Below, piece by piece: positions 1 to 8,291 of a stretch of DNA of 27,196 nt (position 1 is its first letter; every line of letters begins with the position of its first letter). The notes under the pieces were generated by a model. That model had not been told where the DNA came from and searched no databases. It was given only the letters and a program-made list of their open reading frames with translations. The translations under genes were made by a program, and so were the position numbers. Source of the stretch: an uncultured Verrucomicrobiales bacterium (GTDB lineage Bacteria; Verrucomicrobiota; Verrucomicrobiia; Verrucomicrobiales; DEV007); contig CALKOM010000185.1 in NCBI GenBank assembly GCA_938091905.1, forward strand, positions 1 through 27,196. The letters run 5' to 3'.

Positions 1-1
1 C

Positions 2-733
2 CATCTGCTACCATTCATGGAATCGCATCAGTGGGAGAAACACAATGTCCACTACGATTTCTTCAGCGACGATTGGGTGGAACGCTGTGACTATATCGCG
101 CGCTCTCATTGCGCGGAGCTGAGCGATGATTCGAATCTCATCGGTTACTTTTACAGTGACTGTCCGACTTGGACGCACGACCGACCGCACAATCGGTGGC
201 GTGGGCCGATCTTCGACCCCGAGCGATTAAAGACTGAGAAAGGGCGAAAGGAACTCAGAAAACTCGCCCATCAATACTACAAGACGACCCACGATGCTAT
301 CCGTCGCCACGACAAGCATCATCTCATTCTTAGGGACCGCTATGAAGCCAACGCCCACATCGCCAAGCCTGTCATGGAGGCTGCCTTACCGTTTGTCGAT
401 GTGCTATCTTTTCAGGATTTCCGCGATCCGCTAACCCACCTCGACCACTGGCACAAGGAAACGGGCAAACCGGTGCTGCTCGCCGATGCTGCCGGGATGA
501 TAGAAACGGAGGATGGCTGGCGACTCAACGATGGCAATTGGTATGAGAAAAATCTGGACGGTCTGTATGAGACCCCGGGTTGTATTGGCTTTCACCTCTG
601 CGGAGCCTATCAACGCAACAAAGCCAGGAAGCGTGGCCTACTTGATGAGTTCGAGCAGCCTGAGCCAAAGAATGTGCCTTTGATCAAGGCGGCGAATGAT
701 AAGATCGTGCGCTTGATGAAGGAACGGTTCTGA
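2..733 (+). CDS. Agarase-like (GH50/GH-A-like TIM barrel) glycoside hydrolase, C-terminal part; 5' end lies outside the window
   Basis: The frame is open from base 2 (HLLPFMESHQWE...). Motifs DFFSDDW, DDSNLIGYFYSD, YYKTTHDAIRRHDKHHLILRDRY, VDVLSFQ, TGKPVLLAD and PGCIGFH parallel the C-terminal half of GH50-type beta-agarases. Confidence 0.55.
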   Translation, partial: HLLPFMESHQWEKHNVHYDFFSDDWVERCDYIARSHCAELSDDSNLIGYFYSDCPTWTHDRPHNRWRGPIFDPERLKTEKGRKELRKLAHQYYKTTHDAIRRHDKHHLILRDRYEANAHIAKPVMEAALPFVDVLSFQDFRDPLTHLDHWHKETGKPVLLADAAGMIETEDGWRLNDGNWYEKNLDGLYETPGCIGFHLCGAYQRNKARKRGLLDEFEQPEPKNVPLIKAANDKIVRLMKERF

Positions 734-758
734 AGATGAACGGCTCGGCCTAGCAACC

Positions 759-2348
759 CTATCGTCGTGCCATCTCTAGCACCTTCATGGCGGCGTTGTG
801 CCCAGGGATGCCGCTGACGGCGCCACCGCGCTTGGCGGCGGATCCACAAAGAAAGATGTTGGGATACTCAGTTTCAACTCCCCACTGCCCCACTTCATCC
901 TCAGATTCAGCGAATGGCCAACTGAGATCGCCGTGGAAGATGTTGCCTTTCGGTAGGTGAATCTTCTTCTCCAGATCGACTGGGCTCATTGCCTCGATGC
1001 AAGGATCGCCGTTGCCATCTCTTGCCAGACAATCTTCGATGGGCTCGCCGAGAAACTGATCGATGCCGGCGAGATACTTCGCAATCACTTCGTCCCGCAC
1101 CGTTTCATTGTCCTTTTCAAATAGTCGATAAGGCGTGTCTAACCCGAATAGGGTAAGCGTATGGAATCCGCGTCGATTCAAATCATCCGGAAGAATGGAG
1201 TTGTCTGTTAGTGTGTGGCAATAAATCTCTCCAGGAGGTTTGCTAGGTGTCTTGCCTGACATGCTCTCTTCATAAGCAGCCAACATTTGCTCATAACCCT
1301 CATCGATATGAAAGGTGCCCGCAAAGGCTTCGGCGGGAGCGCATTGTTTCGAGAGAAGTTGAGGAAGACGCTCTAGCAACATGTTGATCTTGAACCCGGC
1401 ACCTTCTAGGGGTGGCGCCTCAGACTTACTCGCTGCTCCGGTAAGTTGGTTGAGAATTTGAGCCGATGCGTTGCATAGAACAAAGCGAGCATCTGTCTCG
1501 ACCGTTGTCCCATCTGCCTCAATGGTAACAGAAGATCGCTTCTTGCCAGGAGCGACGTGGGAAACACTCGCTTCGGTGACGATCTCGACATTGCCTGTGC
1601 TCAATGCGACACGAACGAGTTCATTCACCAGGGCACCCATACCGCCGATAGGAACTCGCCATTCTCCGGTTCCCCGTCCAATGACGTGATAAAGAAAGGA
1701 TCGATTCTGTATCAGAGACGGGTCATGCGGAAACGTGGCTAGGCCAATTCTTCCATCGGTAAACACCAAGCCTCGAATCAAATCATCTGAAATTAGGCGT
1801 TCGATCGCTTGGCCTAATGGATTCTCGATCAAGTCTTGCCAGGCATCCTCACCGTCCGTTCCCATTTGATGGCGCATGTCATCTCGAGAAACGAGCGGCT
1901 CTGTTAGACTTGGCCAAACAGCTGTAGCCAGTTGGCTCTGCATATCCTGAAGCGCAAGATAGCCCAGGTAGTCGTCCTCACTTCCTGTGAGTGCGAGGAA
2001 GGCCTCTCGATTGCTATTAGGATCGTCGTTTCGAATCAGCAATTCACGCAAGTTCCCGTTTTCAAACGCAGGTGTATAAGAAGCGGTCTTACGCGACTTG
2101 AGCTGAAGACGCAGACCGAGATTCTTGATGATCTTGTCTGGTACAAGACTAACGAGATATGAATAAACCGAGAGCCTGGCATCCACGCCCGCGAAGGCCT
2201 GCTTCGACTGCGTGGCGCCTCCAATCTCCGCGTTCCGTTCGGCGACTAAGACAGACAATCCAGCATTGGCGAGATAAGAGGCTGCCACGAGGCCGTTGTG
2301 CCCGCTGCCGATGATCACGGCGTCGTACGATGGTTTGATAGAGCTCAT
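759..2348 (-). CDS. Phytoene desaturase-family (PYROXD2-like) FAD-dependent oxidoreductase
   Basis: N-terminal Rossmann motif YDAVIIGSGHNGL...VLVAER...IGGA; also PIGGMGAL, GNIFHG and the C-terminal GGAVSGIPGHNAA. Start moved to ATG 2348 (MSSIKPSYD). Confidence 0.88.
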   Translation of the reverse strand: MSSIKPSYDAVIIGSGHNGLVAASYLANAGLSVLVAERNAEIGGATQSKQAFAGVDARLSVYSYLVSLVPDKIIKNLGLRLQLKSRKTASYTPAFENGNLRELLIRNDDPNSNREAFLALTGSEDDYLGYLALQDMQSQLATAVWPSLTEPLVSRDDMRHQMGTDGEDAWQDLIENPLGQAIERLISDDLIRGLVFTDGRIGLATFPHDPSLIQNRSFLYHVIGRGTGEWRVPIGGMGALVNELVRVALSTGNVEIVTEASVSHVAPGKKRSSVTIEADGTTVETDARFVLCNASAQILNQLTGAASKSEAPPLEGAGFKINMLLERLPQLLSKQCAPAEAFAGTFHIDEGYEQMLAAYEESMSGKTPSKPPGEIYCHTLTDNSILPDDLNRRGFHTLTLFGLDTPYRLFEKDNETVRDEVIAKYLAGIDQFLGEPIEDCLARDGNGDPCIEAMSPVDLEKKIHLPKGNIFHGDLSWPFAESEDEVGQWGVETEYPNIFLCGSAAKRGGAVSGIPGHNAAMKVLEMARR

Positions 2349-2486
2349 GGAGATTGTTCTAAGCGACGCAGGCAGCAAGCTAGAGAACAACGCTTTAGGT
2401 GTCTACCGCTGTTTGCGCTATTGTTCCTCCTCTTTGCGACATCCAAGTATTGCATTCTTCGGACGCGAAGTGCATGCTCACAAACC

Positions 2487-3638
2487 ATGGCCAGGAAGCG
2501 ACGCGTCGTCTTGAAGCTCGATCTGGAAGAGCCTTATCGATGCAACTTGGACGTGTTTGCCGGCTGCCAGCAGTATGCCGCCGAAGTGGGATGGGATTGT
2601 ATGATCAATCCATTTGCGGATCGAGTTCTCTTGTCCAAGCGAGAAACTGGATCTTTCGACGGCGTGTTAGCGCATGGCACCGAACCACTTGTAAAGGCAG
2701 CAAGGCGGACTGGCGTGCCCATTGTCAACGTTTCGGTGGACGCTCCGCGTGGCGTACCCTCGGTTATCCCGGATTGTAGGGCGGCCGGAGCAATGGCTGC
2801 TGAACATCTCTTGGGTCGGGGGTTTCGGCAGTTCGGCTTTCTCGGATTCTCGCGCAACCCCTTTTCACGCCGACAGCGCGAGGGGTTTCACTCCGCTCTC
2901 AAGCAAGAAGGTTTCCCGTGCACGGACCACAGCTTTGGACTCAATAGCTACATTGCTAGTGCCAAAGGCTGGGAGACCTTTATCGCCGGGCTGAACGCTT
3001 GGGTCGACACATGGACGTCACCCATTGGAATCTATGTCACCGAAGACTTGCCATGCCGTTACTTGATCGAGGTCTGTCAATCTAGAGGACTGCAAGTGCC
3101 GCAGGACGTGGCGATTGTTGGTTCACACAATGATGAAGTGATCTGCAATTCGTCCTCCCCAAGTTTGACGAGCATTGATCACGGCTACTTTAAAGTTGGG
3201 TATCGAGCCGCCGCGATGCTTGGGCGCTTAATGAAGGGCCGTAAGTCGCCATCTTCGCCAGAGTTGGTCCCTCCGGCAGAACTGGTGTTCCGCCAGTCGA
3301 CCGATTCCTTTGCCGTGGACGATCCGCTCGTGAGCCGGGCGCTGAATTTTATCGCGGCCCATAGTCACGAACCCATGGGGGTGATCGATGTCGCTAACAA
3401 TGCCGCGACCACTCGCCGGACTCTCGAGCGAAGATTCAGGCAATCGCTAGATCGAAGTATCTCGGAAGAAATCACGCGGTTCCGTTTGGAGCGAGCCAAG
3501 AGGCGAATGGTCGAAAGTGATGCTGCCTTGGGTGAAGTGGCTGAGGCATCTGGCTTCACCAACGCTGATCATTTCTACAAAGTCTTTGCTCGTATTGAGG
3601 GGATGTCACCAACCGAATATCGACAAGCCCGGCAATAG
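2487..3638 (+). CDS. XylR-type transcriptional regulator (periplasmic-binding-fold sensor + C-terminal AraC HTH)
   Basis: AGAMAAEHLLGRGFRQFGF, VPQDVAIVGSHND and PSLTSID, then AraC region TTRRTLERRFR...VAEASGF...FYKVFARIEGMSPTEYR. Start moved to ATG 2487. Divergent from the oxidoreductase. Confidence 0.9.
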   Translation: MARKRRVVLKLDLEEPYRCNLDVFAGCQQYAAEVGWDCMINPFADRVLLSKRETGSFDGVLAHGTEPLVKAARRTGVPIVNVSVDAPRGVPSVIPDCRAAGAMAAEHLLGRGFRQFGFLGFSRNPFSRRQREGFHSALKQEGFPCTDHSFGLNSYIASAKGWETFIAGLNAWVDTWTSPIGIYVTEDLPCRYLIEVCQSRGLQVPQDVAIVGSHNDEVICNSSSPSLTSIDHGYFKVGYRAAAMLGRLMKGRKSPSSPELVPPAELVFRQSTDSFAVDDPLVSRALNFIAAHSHEPMGVIDVANNAATTRRTLERRFRQSLDRSISEEITRFRLERAKRRMVESDAALGEVAEASGFTNADHFYKVFARIEGMSPTEYRQARQ

Positions 3639-3849
3639 GACGAATTCCGCGAACGCCAACTAACACACGCTAATTTCTTTTATTTGATAACAACGCTGAT
3701 AAAAAGAAGAGGGATGTTAGGGCTGTTTCTGTCACCGGCCGCGGGGCGCCGTGTGAGATTCGTTCTGCCCGTCGTGGCGTTGATGTCTGGAGCCCTTGGG
3801 GCTCCTTACTTCGCGGTCTACTCCCATGAACTGGATTCAGGGTTGGTGC

Positions 3850-4409
3850 CCACCGTTGCACGGTGCACGTACGACGGGCAAACCTTGAACTACCTGAACC
3901 ACGGAACAGAATTGTCACACCCCAAGGGGCGCGGTCTCTATGAACCCTCGCTGACGCAGTTCCAGAATCGATTGTTTCTAACACTTCGTGCCGATCACTC
4001 TGCGTATGTCGCAGCAAGCGATGATGGACTAACATTCCCTGACGGCATCACAGAATGGCGCTTTGATGACGGCAAGCCTCTCGGAAGCTACAATACCCAA
4101 CAGTATTGGGTGGCGCACCCTCAAGACAAAGGACTCTTTCTCGCCTACACAAGACGAGGTGCGAACAACGATCATATCTTTCGCCATCGCGCTCCGCTGT
4201 TCATCGCCCAAGTCGATTCCGAGACTCTCCGAGTGATACGCGATACCGAACGCGTGCTCGAGAATCATGCGCCCCTCGGAAACTTTGGAGTGTGCCAGCT
4301 TTCCGAAAGCGAAACGCTAGTAGTGACTTCCGAATACCTTCTCCGCAACATGAAACGTGCCGGAGAACCCAACCGCGTTCTAATGGCAAAGATTCATTGG
4401 CGACGGTAG
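3850..4409 (+). pseudogene. 5'-truncated sialidase/BNR-repeat (exo-alpha-sialidase-like) gene
   Basis: GRGLYEPSL, Asp-box SDDGLTF, WRFDDGKPLGSYNTQQ, NNDHIFRHRAPLFIAQVD and LGNFGV match the C-terminal half of PVC sialidase-like proteins. Upstream codons (3684-3850) look unrelated and there is no room for the N-terminal half. Left boundary approximate. Confidence 0.7.
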
Positions 4410-4581
4410 AAGTTTTCTTCAAACAACTGGCTTCAAGGAGCTGCGGTTTTCAACCGCCGGGCTAGCGTGGGTGCGTGTAAAGCTCTATTCCTTTGAGGGG
4501 CTCCGCCTTGCCGTATATCAGCGTGCAATTGTCGCGGAGCACCGTGGACAAGGAATGCCTCCACGTTACGATTACGATCCA

Positions 4582-6804
4582 ATGAAGCCCCGTCAGAATC
4601 TTGCCACCGCGCTCTCTATTCTTGTCATGACCGCGACAGCATGGGCGGGACAATTTCTCATCGACTTTGCCACTTTATCGGATGCTGCCCCAGGCCCCTG
4701 GACAAGCTTCGAGGACCTGGTTCAGGACACTGCCGTCCCACTGGCGGATGTCAACGAGGTGGACAACGATGTCATGCTGACGCCACTCGACGATAGCTTC
4801 ACTGCGAACAATCCGGCAGGCCCTAACGCTGCGGCCACTTATGACGGTGTGCTGGTCCCCGAGGAAGCGGGAAACGACTACTTGTATAAGACTGACGACG
4901 CCGCAGGAACCTCTGCCCGCATGAAGATAGAGAACTTGGACCCAGGCGACTACAATGTCACCGTGTTTGAGGGGCGCACCTCCGATGGCAATGGCCAGTT
5001 CGGCACCATCTGGGTAGGAGACGCGGAGGGAAACGGAGAACCGGCCGAAGAGAACACGGGGGACTTTGCCGGGCAGTCTAGCACAGTGGCAGTGACCATC
5101 GAAGCTGGCGACGCCCTGTGGTATCGCCATATGGAAGACAACATCGGGGGAATCAGTGGGATGATTGTGCAAACGCAGAGCATTGGTCCGAGGATCCTAA
5201 CCCGGACTCCAGTCGACAATGAAGGAAGCGTGGAGGTCGACAGGAACTTGGTGGCAACGTTCGATCGAGAAATCGCGGCGGGCACGGGTAACATCACCGT
5301 GAAGAATCTCACCGATGCCACAGAGATCGTCTTTCCCGTGGACGACGCTCAGATCACGATTGCCGAGGACGTGCTGACCATTGATCCGGCAGCCGACCTA
5401 AAGGAAGTCAAGGAGTACGCGATCCAGATTGATGCCACGGCGATCAAAGACACCTCGGGAGTTCCCTTTTCAGGGATCTCCGATGACAGCTCGTGGAGTT
5501 TCACCACCAAGCCACCGATTGAGGATGCTCTAGCACTCATTCTAATCGATCTATCTGACCTCGCAGGATCGGCGGAGGGATGGGACTTGATTACTACAAA
5601 CGTGGAAGACACTCCGGTCACCGACACGTTAGGCATCGACAATGACGTGACCGTGACAATCACTGGCCTCGGAGACCAGAACAACCCCGCCCCCCCTGAA
5701 GGCCCAGCGCTGATCGATGGCGTCGCCGTGCAACTCGAATCCCTTGGCGACTATGTGTGGGGCGCCGATGGCCCCGGGAGCACGGCTCTCTTTGAGTTTC
5801 AGGGCCTGGACGCAGGCACTTACAATATCTCGGTGTTCGAAGGACGCACCTCCGATGGCAATGGCCAGTTCGGAAAGATCTGGGTCGGATCGCCCGGTGA
5901 CGAGCCCGAGGAAGAGAACACGGGTGATTTCGCCGGAGGCAGTGCGACGTTGACCAGCCTGCAAATTGGCGACAGAGACAGTCTCTTCTACCGCCACCAA
6001 GAAGACGACATTGGCGGCACCAGCGGATTGATCATCAAACTCACCGCTCGTGATGATCCTATTCGCTTGGGCATTGCCAACCAAGTAGAGAGCTTGGAAT
6101 TCGATTGGGATAGCGAAGCAGGAAGACTCTATTCCTTGCTAAGCAGCAGCGATTTGGCAGCCGATCCATCACTCTGGGAATCAGTGAATGTGCCAGGCTC
6201 CATGGCGGTCGGAGACACCTTTCAGATCGCAGCCAATCCCCCTACGAATGTTGCTACCATTGCGCGCCCGACCGATTCGACTCGTTTCTACAGGCTTAGC
6301 CTACTACCAGATCCGCCAATCTTTGGCGACGACTTTGAGAATGGCACGGGCGAGTGGGTAGCCGGAGCCGGACCAGGCGATTCCGGTTCGAGCACATGGG
6401 AATTAGGAGCGCCAGAGTCGGGGCCAGGCAATGCAAACAGTGGCGAAGCAGCGTGGGGCACAAATTTGGCCGGAGAGTATGGGAATGGCAGTCGCACCTT
6501 TCTTCGCAGTCCTCAGATCGACCTAACTGATGTCGAACGAGCAAGCCTGGAGTTCTATTACTTCCTGGACGCCGACGATGGCGAGGGTGGCCAGGTTAGT
6601 ATCCTAGATGCCAATGGTGATCCTTTGCGTGCGCAGCTTCTCATCTTTCCTGGTGAAAGTTCGACTAACGAATGGCGTCGCTTACGCATCCCCCTCCCCG
6701 CCGAGGCACTCGGACAAACGGTGGTGATCGAGTTCGAATTCCTTAGTGATGACAATGATGCGAACGGCGATGGTTGGTACATTGACGATGTGGTCGTGGA
6801 GTAA
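4582..6804 (+). CDS. Secreted acidic multidomain protein: repeat domain A - Big_5/SbsA-like Ig - repeat domain A' - verrucomicrobial-type small domain - MAM/immune-inhibitor-A-like beta-sandwich
   Basis: Signal peptide MKPRQNLATALSILVMTATAWA; duplicated VFEGRTSDGNGQFGxIWVG...EENTGDFAG; Ig motif TP.DN...TFDR.I..GTGNI...YAIQID..AIKD...WSFTT; FDWDS..G..Y...S.DL...W...RFYRL; terminal IFGDDFENG...GWYIDDVVVE. Confidence 0.8.
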   Translation: MKPRQNLATALSILVMTATAWAGQFLIDFATLSDAAPGPWTSFEDLVQDTAVPLADVNEVDNDVMLTPLDDSFTANNPAGPNAAATYDGVLVPEEAGNDYLYKTDDAAGTSARMKIENLDPGDYNVTVFEGRTSDGNGQFGTIWVGDAEGNGEPAEENTGDFAGQSSTVAVTIEAGDALWYRHMEDNIGGISGMIVQTQSIGPRILTRTPVDNEGSVEVDRNLVATFDREIAAGTGNITVKNLTDATEIVFPVDDAQITIAEDVLTIDPAADLKEVKEYAIQIDATAIKDTSGVPFSGISDDSSWSFTTKPPIEDALALILIDLSDLAGSAEGWDLITTNVEDTPVTDTLGIDNDVTVTITGLGDQNNPAPPEGPALIDGVAVQLESLGDYVWGADGPGSTALFEFQGLDAGTYNISVFEGRTSDGNGQFGKIWVGSPGDEPEEENTGDFAGGSATLTSLQIGDRDSLFYRHQEDDIGGTSGLIIKLTARDDPIRLGIANQVESLEFDWDSEAGRLYSLLSSSDLAADPSLWESVNVPGSMAVGDTFQIAANPPTNVATIARPTDSTRFYRLSLLPDPPIFGDDFENGTGEWVAGAGPGDSGSSTWELGAPESGPGNANSGEAAWGTNLAGEYGNGSRTFLRSPQIDLTDVERASLEFYYFLDADDGEGGQVSILDANGDPLRAQLLIFPGESSTNEWRRLRIPLPAEALGQTVVIEFEFLSDDNDANGDGWYIDDVVVE

Positions 6805-6824
6805 AGGAATTGCAATCGCTTTTC

Positions 6825-6892
6825 GTAGCGCTGGCTTGAGCCGGCGTATATTAAACGTGAGCCCTGCATGCGCCGGCTCAAGCCAGCGCTAC
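6825..6892. repeat. REPIN: two inverted GTAG-family REP units (GTAGCGCTGGCTTGAGCCGGCG)
   Basis: 6825-6846 and 6871-6892 are perfect 22-bp inverted copies (24/25 if extended). Each is GTAG followed by its own hairpin CGCTGGCT-TG-AGCCGGCG. Intergenic. Confidence 0.85.
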
Positions 6893-6905
6893 ATTAAACA
6901 ATGTT

Positions 6906-8147
6906 ATGGATAAACTAACCAAACGAGAGTTCCTCAAAATCACGCCGGTGCTCGGCGCTGCAGCAGTAACTCCCATCTTGGCCGCTGACGAAAACGAAGC
7001 TCCCGCACAGGAGGCCGCCAATTCTCCCACAGACCTCATCGACGACAATTTCGAATCAGCTTCAGGACGGAGTTTTGGATCGCAAGTGATTCACCATGGC
7101 GAGCAAGACGGTTTCCAAGTCACGCCTATCAGCCAAGACAAGTGCGCGCCGGGCTACCAACGCCCCGGCAACCTCCGCAATCCGACCGTGAGGGCCTTGC
7201 TAAAGAAGGTGATGGAAATGGAAGGCGCCGAAGCAGCGATTGGCGGCCCCTGCGGCATGAGCATCATTTCCCAGACTTACATGGCCTTGCTCAAGCCCGG
7301 TGATCGCGTGGTGGCCCACCGCTGCAACTACGACTGGGTCATGACTCTCTTCCGCGATTACCTCCCATCGTGGAACATCGAGGTCGAGTTCGTCGACTTC
7401 ACCAATCCAGGGAACCTAACCAAAGCTCTTAAAGCCAAGCCGGCCAAGTTTGTTCACTTTGAACCCTACGTGAACCCAACAATGGAGGTGTTAGACACGA
7501 CTGCCCTGATCAAGATCGCGAAAGATGCTGGTGCCAAGACAATTGTGGACAACACCTGGCTCACTCCTTATCTCCTGCAACCACTCCGCCTGGATGCGGA
7601 CCTGGTTATTCATAGTGTCACTAAATACATGGGTGGTCACGGCAATGCCATGGGCGGCGTGGTCGCCGGCAACAAGGACCTCGTCAACAAGATCGAGAAA
7701 GCGCAGAATTGGTTAGGCGGTTTAATGCGTCCCATGGATGCCTTTCTAGTCACTCAAGGTGTGAAGACGCTTCCTTTGCGCATGCGACAGCACAGTCATT
7801 CCGCGCAGATGGTTGCCGAGTTTCTCGAATCCCATCCCGCAGTGGACCGGGTCTGCTATGGCGGCCTGACTTCGTGGAACCCGAATGCAGAGAACGGCAC
7901 CCCGAAGGGATTTGGGGGCATGGTCGGCATCGAATGGAAAGAAAGTGCCGTGCACGAGAAGGTGGGCAAGCACACCAGATTGATCATCAATGCCACCAGC
8001 CTGGGCGACCCGGTGACCCGGATCACCCCGCGCAAAGAGGAAAAGCCTCGAGGCATTCCGAAGCGTTTCTCGCGCCTGTCGATCGGCCTGGAAGAACCCG
8101 AAGACCTGATTGCCGACTTCGAGCAGGCGATTGACCGCTGCAGTTAG
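6906..8147 (+). CDS. Cys/Met-metabolism PLP-dependent lyase (methionine gamma-lyase / cystathionine gamma-synthase family) with Tat-like leader
   Basis: Y.R....NPT, EGAEAA, CGM, LKPGD, EPYVNPT, IVDNTW, PLP-lysine motif HSVTKYMGGHG, KTLPLRM, SLGD and RLSIGLE. N-terminus TKREFLK followed by a hydrophobic stretch. Confidence 0.88.
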   Translation: MDKLTKREFLKITPVLGAAAVTPILAADENEAPAQEAANSPTDLIDDNFESASGRSFGSQVIHHGEQDGFQVTPISQDKCAPGYQRPGNLRNPTVRALLKKVMEMEGAEAAIGGPCGMSIISQTYMALLKPGDRVVAHRCNYDWVMTLFRDYLPSWNIEVEFVDFTNPGNLTKALKAKPAKFVHFEPYVNPTMEVLDTTALIKIAKDAGAKTIVDNTWLTPYLLQPLRLDADLVIHSVTKYMGGHGNAMGGVVAGNKDLVNKIEKAQNWLGGLMRPMDAFLVTQGVKTLPLRMRQHSHSAQMVAEFLESHPAVDRVCYGGLTSWNPNAENGTPKGFGGMVGIEWKESAVHEKVGKHTRLIINATSLGDPVTRITPRKEEKPRGIPKRFSRLSIGLEEPEDLIADFEQAIDRCS

Positions 8148-8151
8148 GACC

Positions 8152-8173
8152 GTAGCGCTGGCTTCAGCTGGCG
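8152..8173 (+). repeat. Single GTAG-family REP
   Basis: GTAGCGCTGGCTTCAGCTGGCG, 20/22 identical to the REPIN arms, 4 bp after the lyase stop codon. Confidence 0.8.
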
Positions 8174-8291
8174 TATGGAAGCAGCTTTCGGCGACGACAG
8201 TCGGTTGCGCTTCATTCTACGCAGATTTACACCTTTTCGGAAAACTCACCCATTGAGCGAACGCGCTTTTCGATGTGAAGTGTGGCCAATC

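Noticed and set aside
759..2348. Carotenoid biosynthesis gene crtI
   Set aside because: No crtB/crtE/crtY neighbours, and the motifs fit the broad PYROXD2-like subgroup.
3789..3805. GGAGCCC-TTG-GGGCTCC hairpin as a terminator
   Set aside because: The 7-bp stem has only a weak T tract and lies 150 bp from the regulator stop, so it is not supportable.
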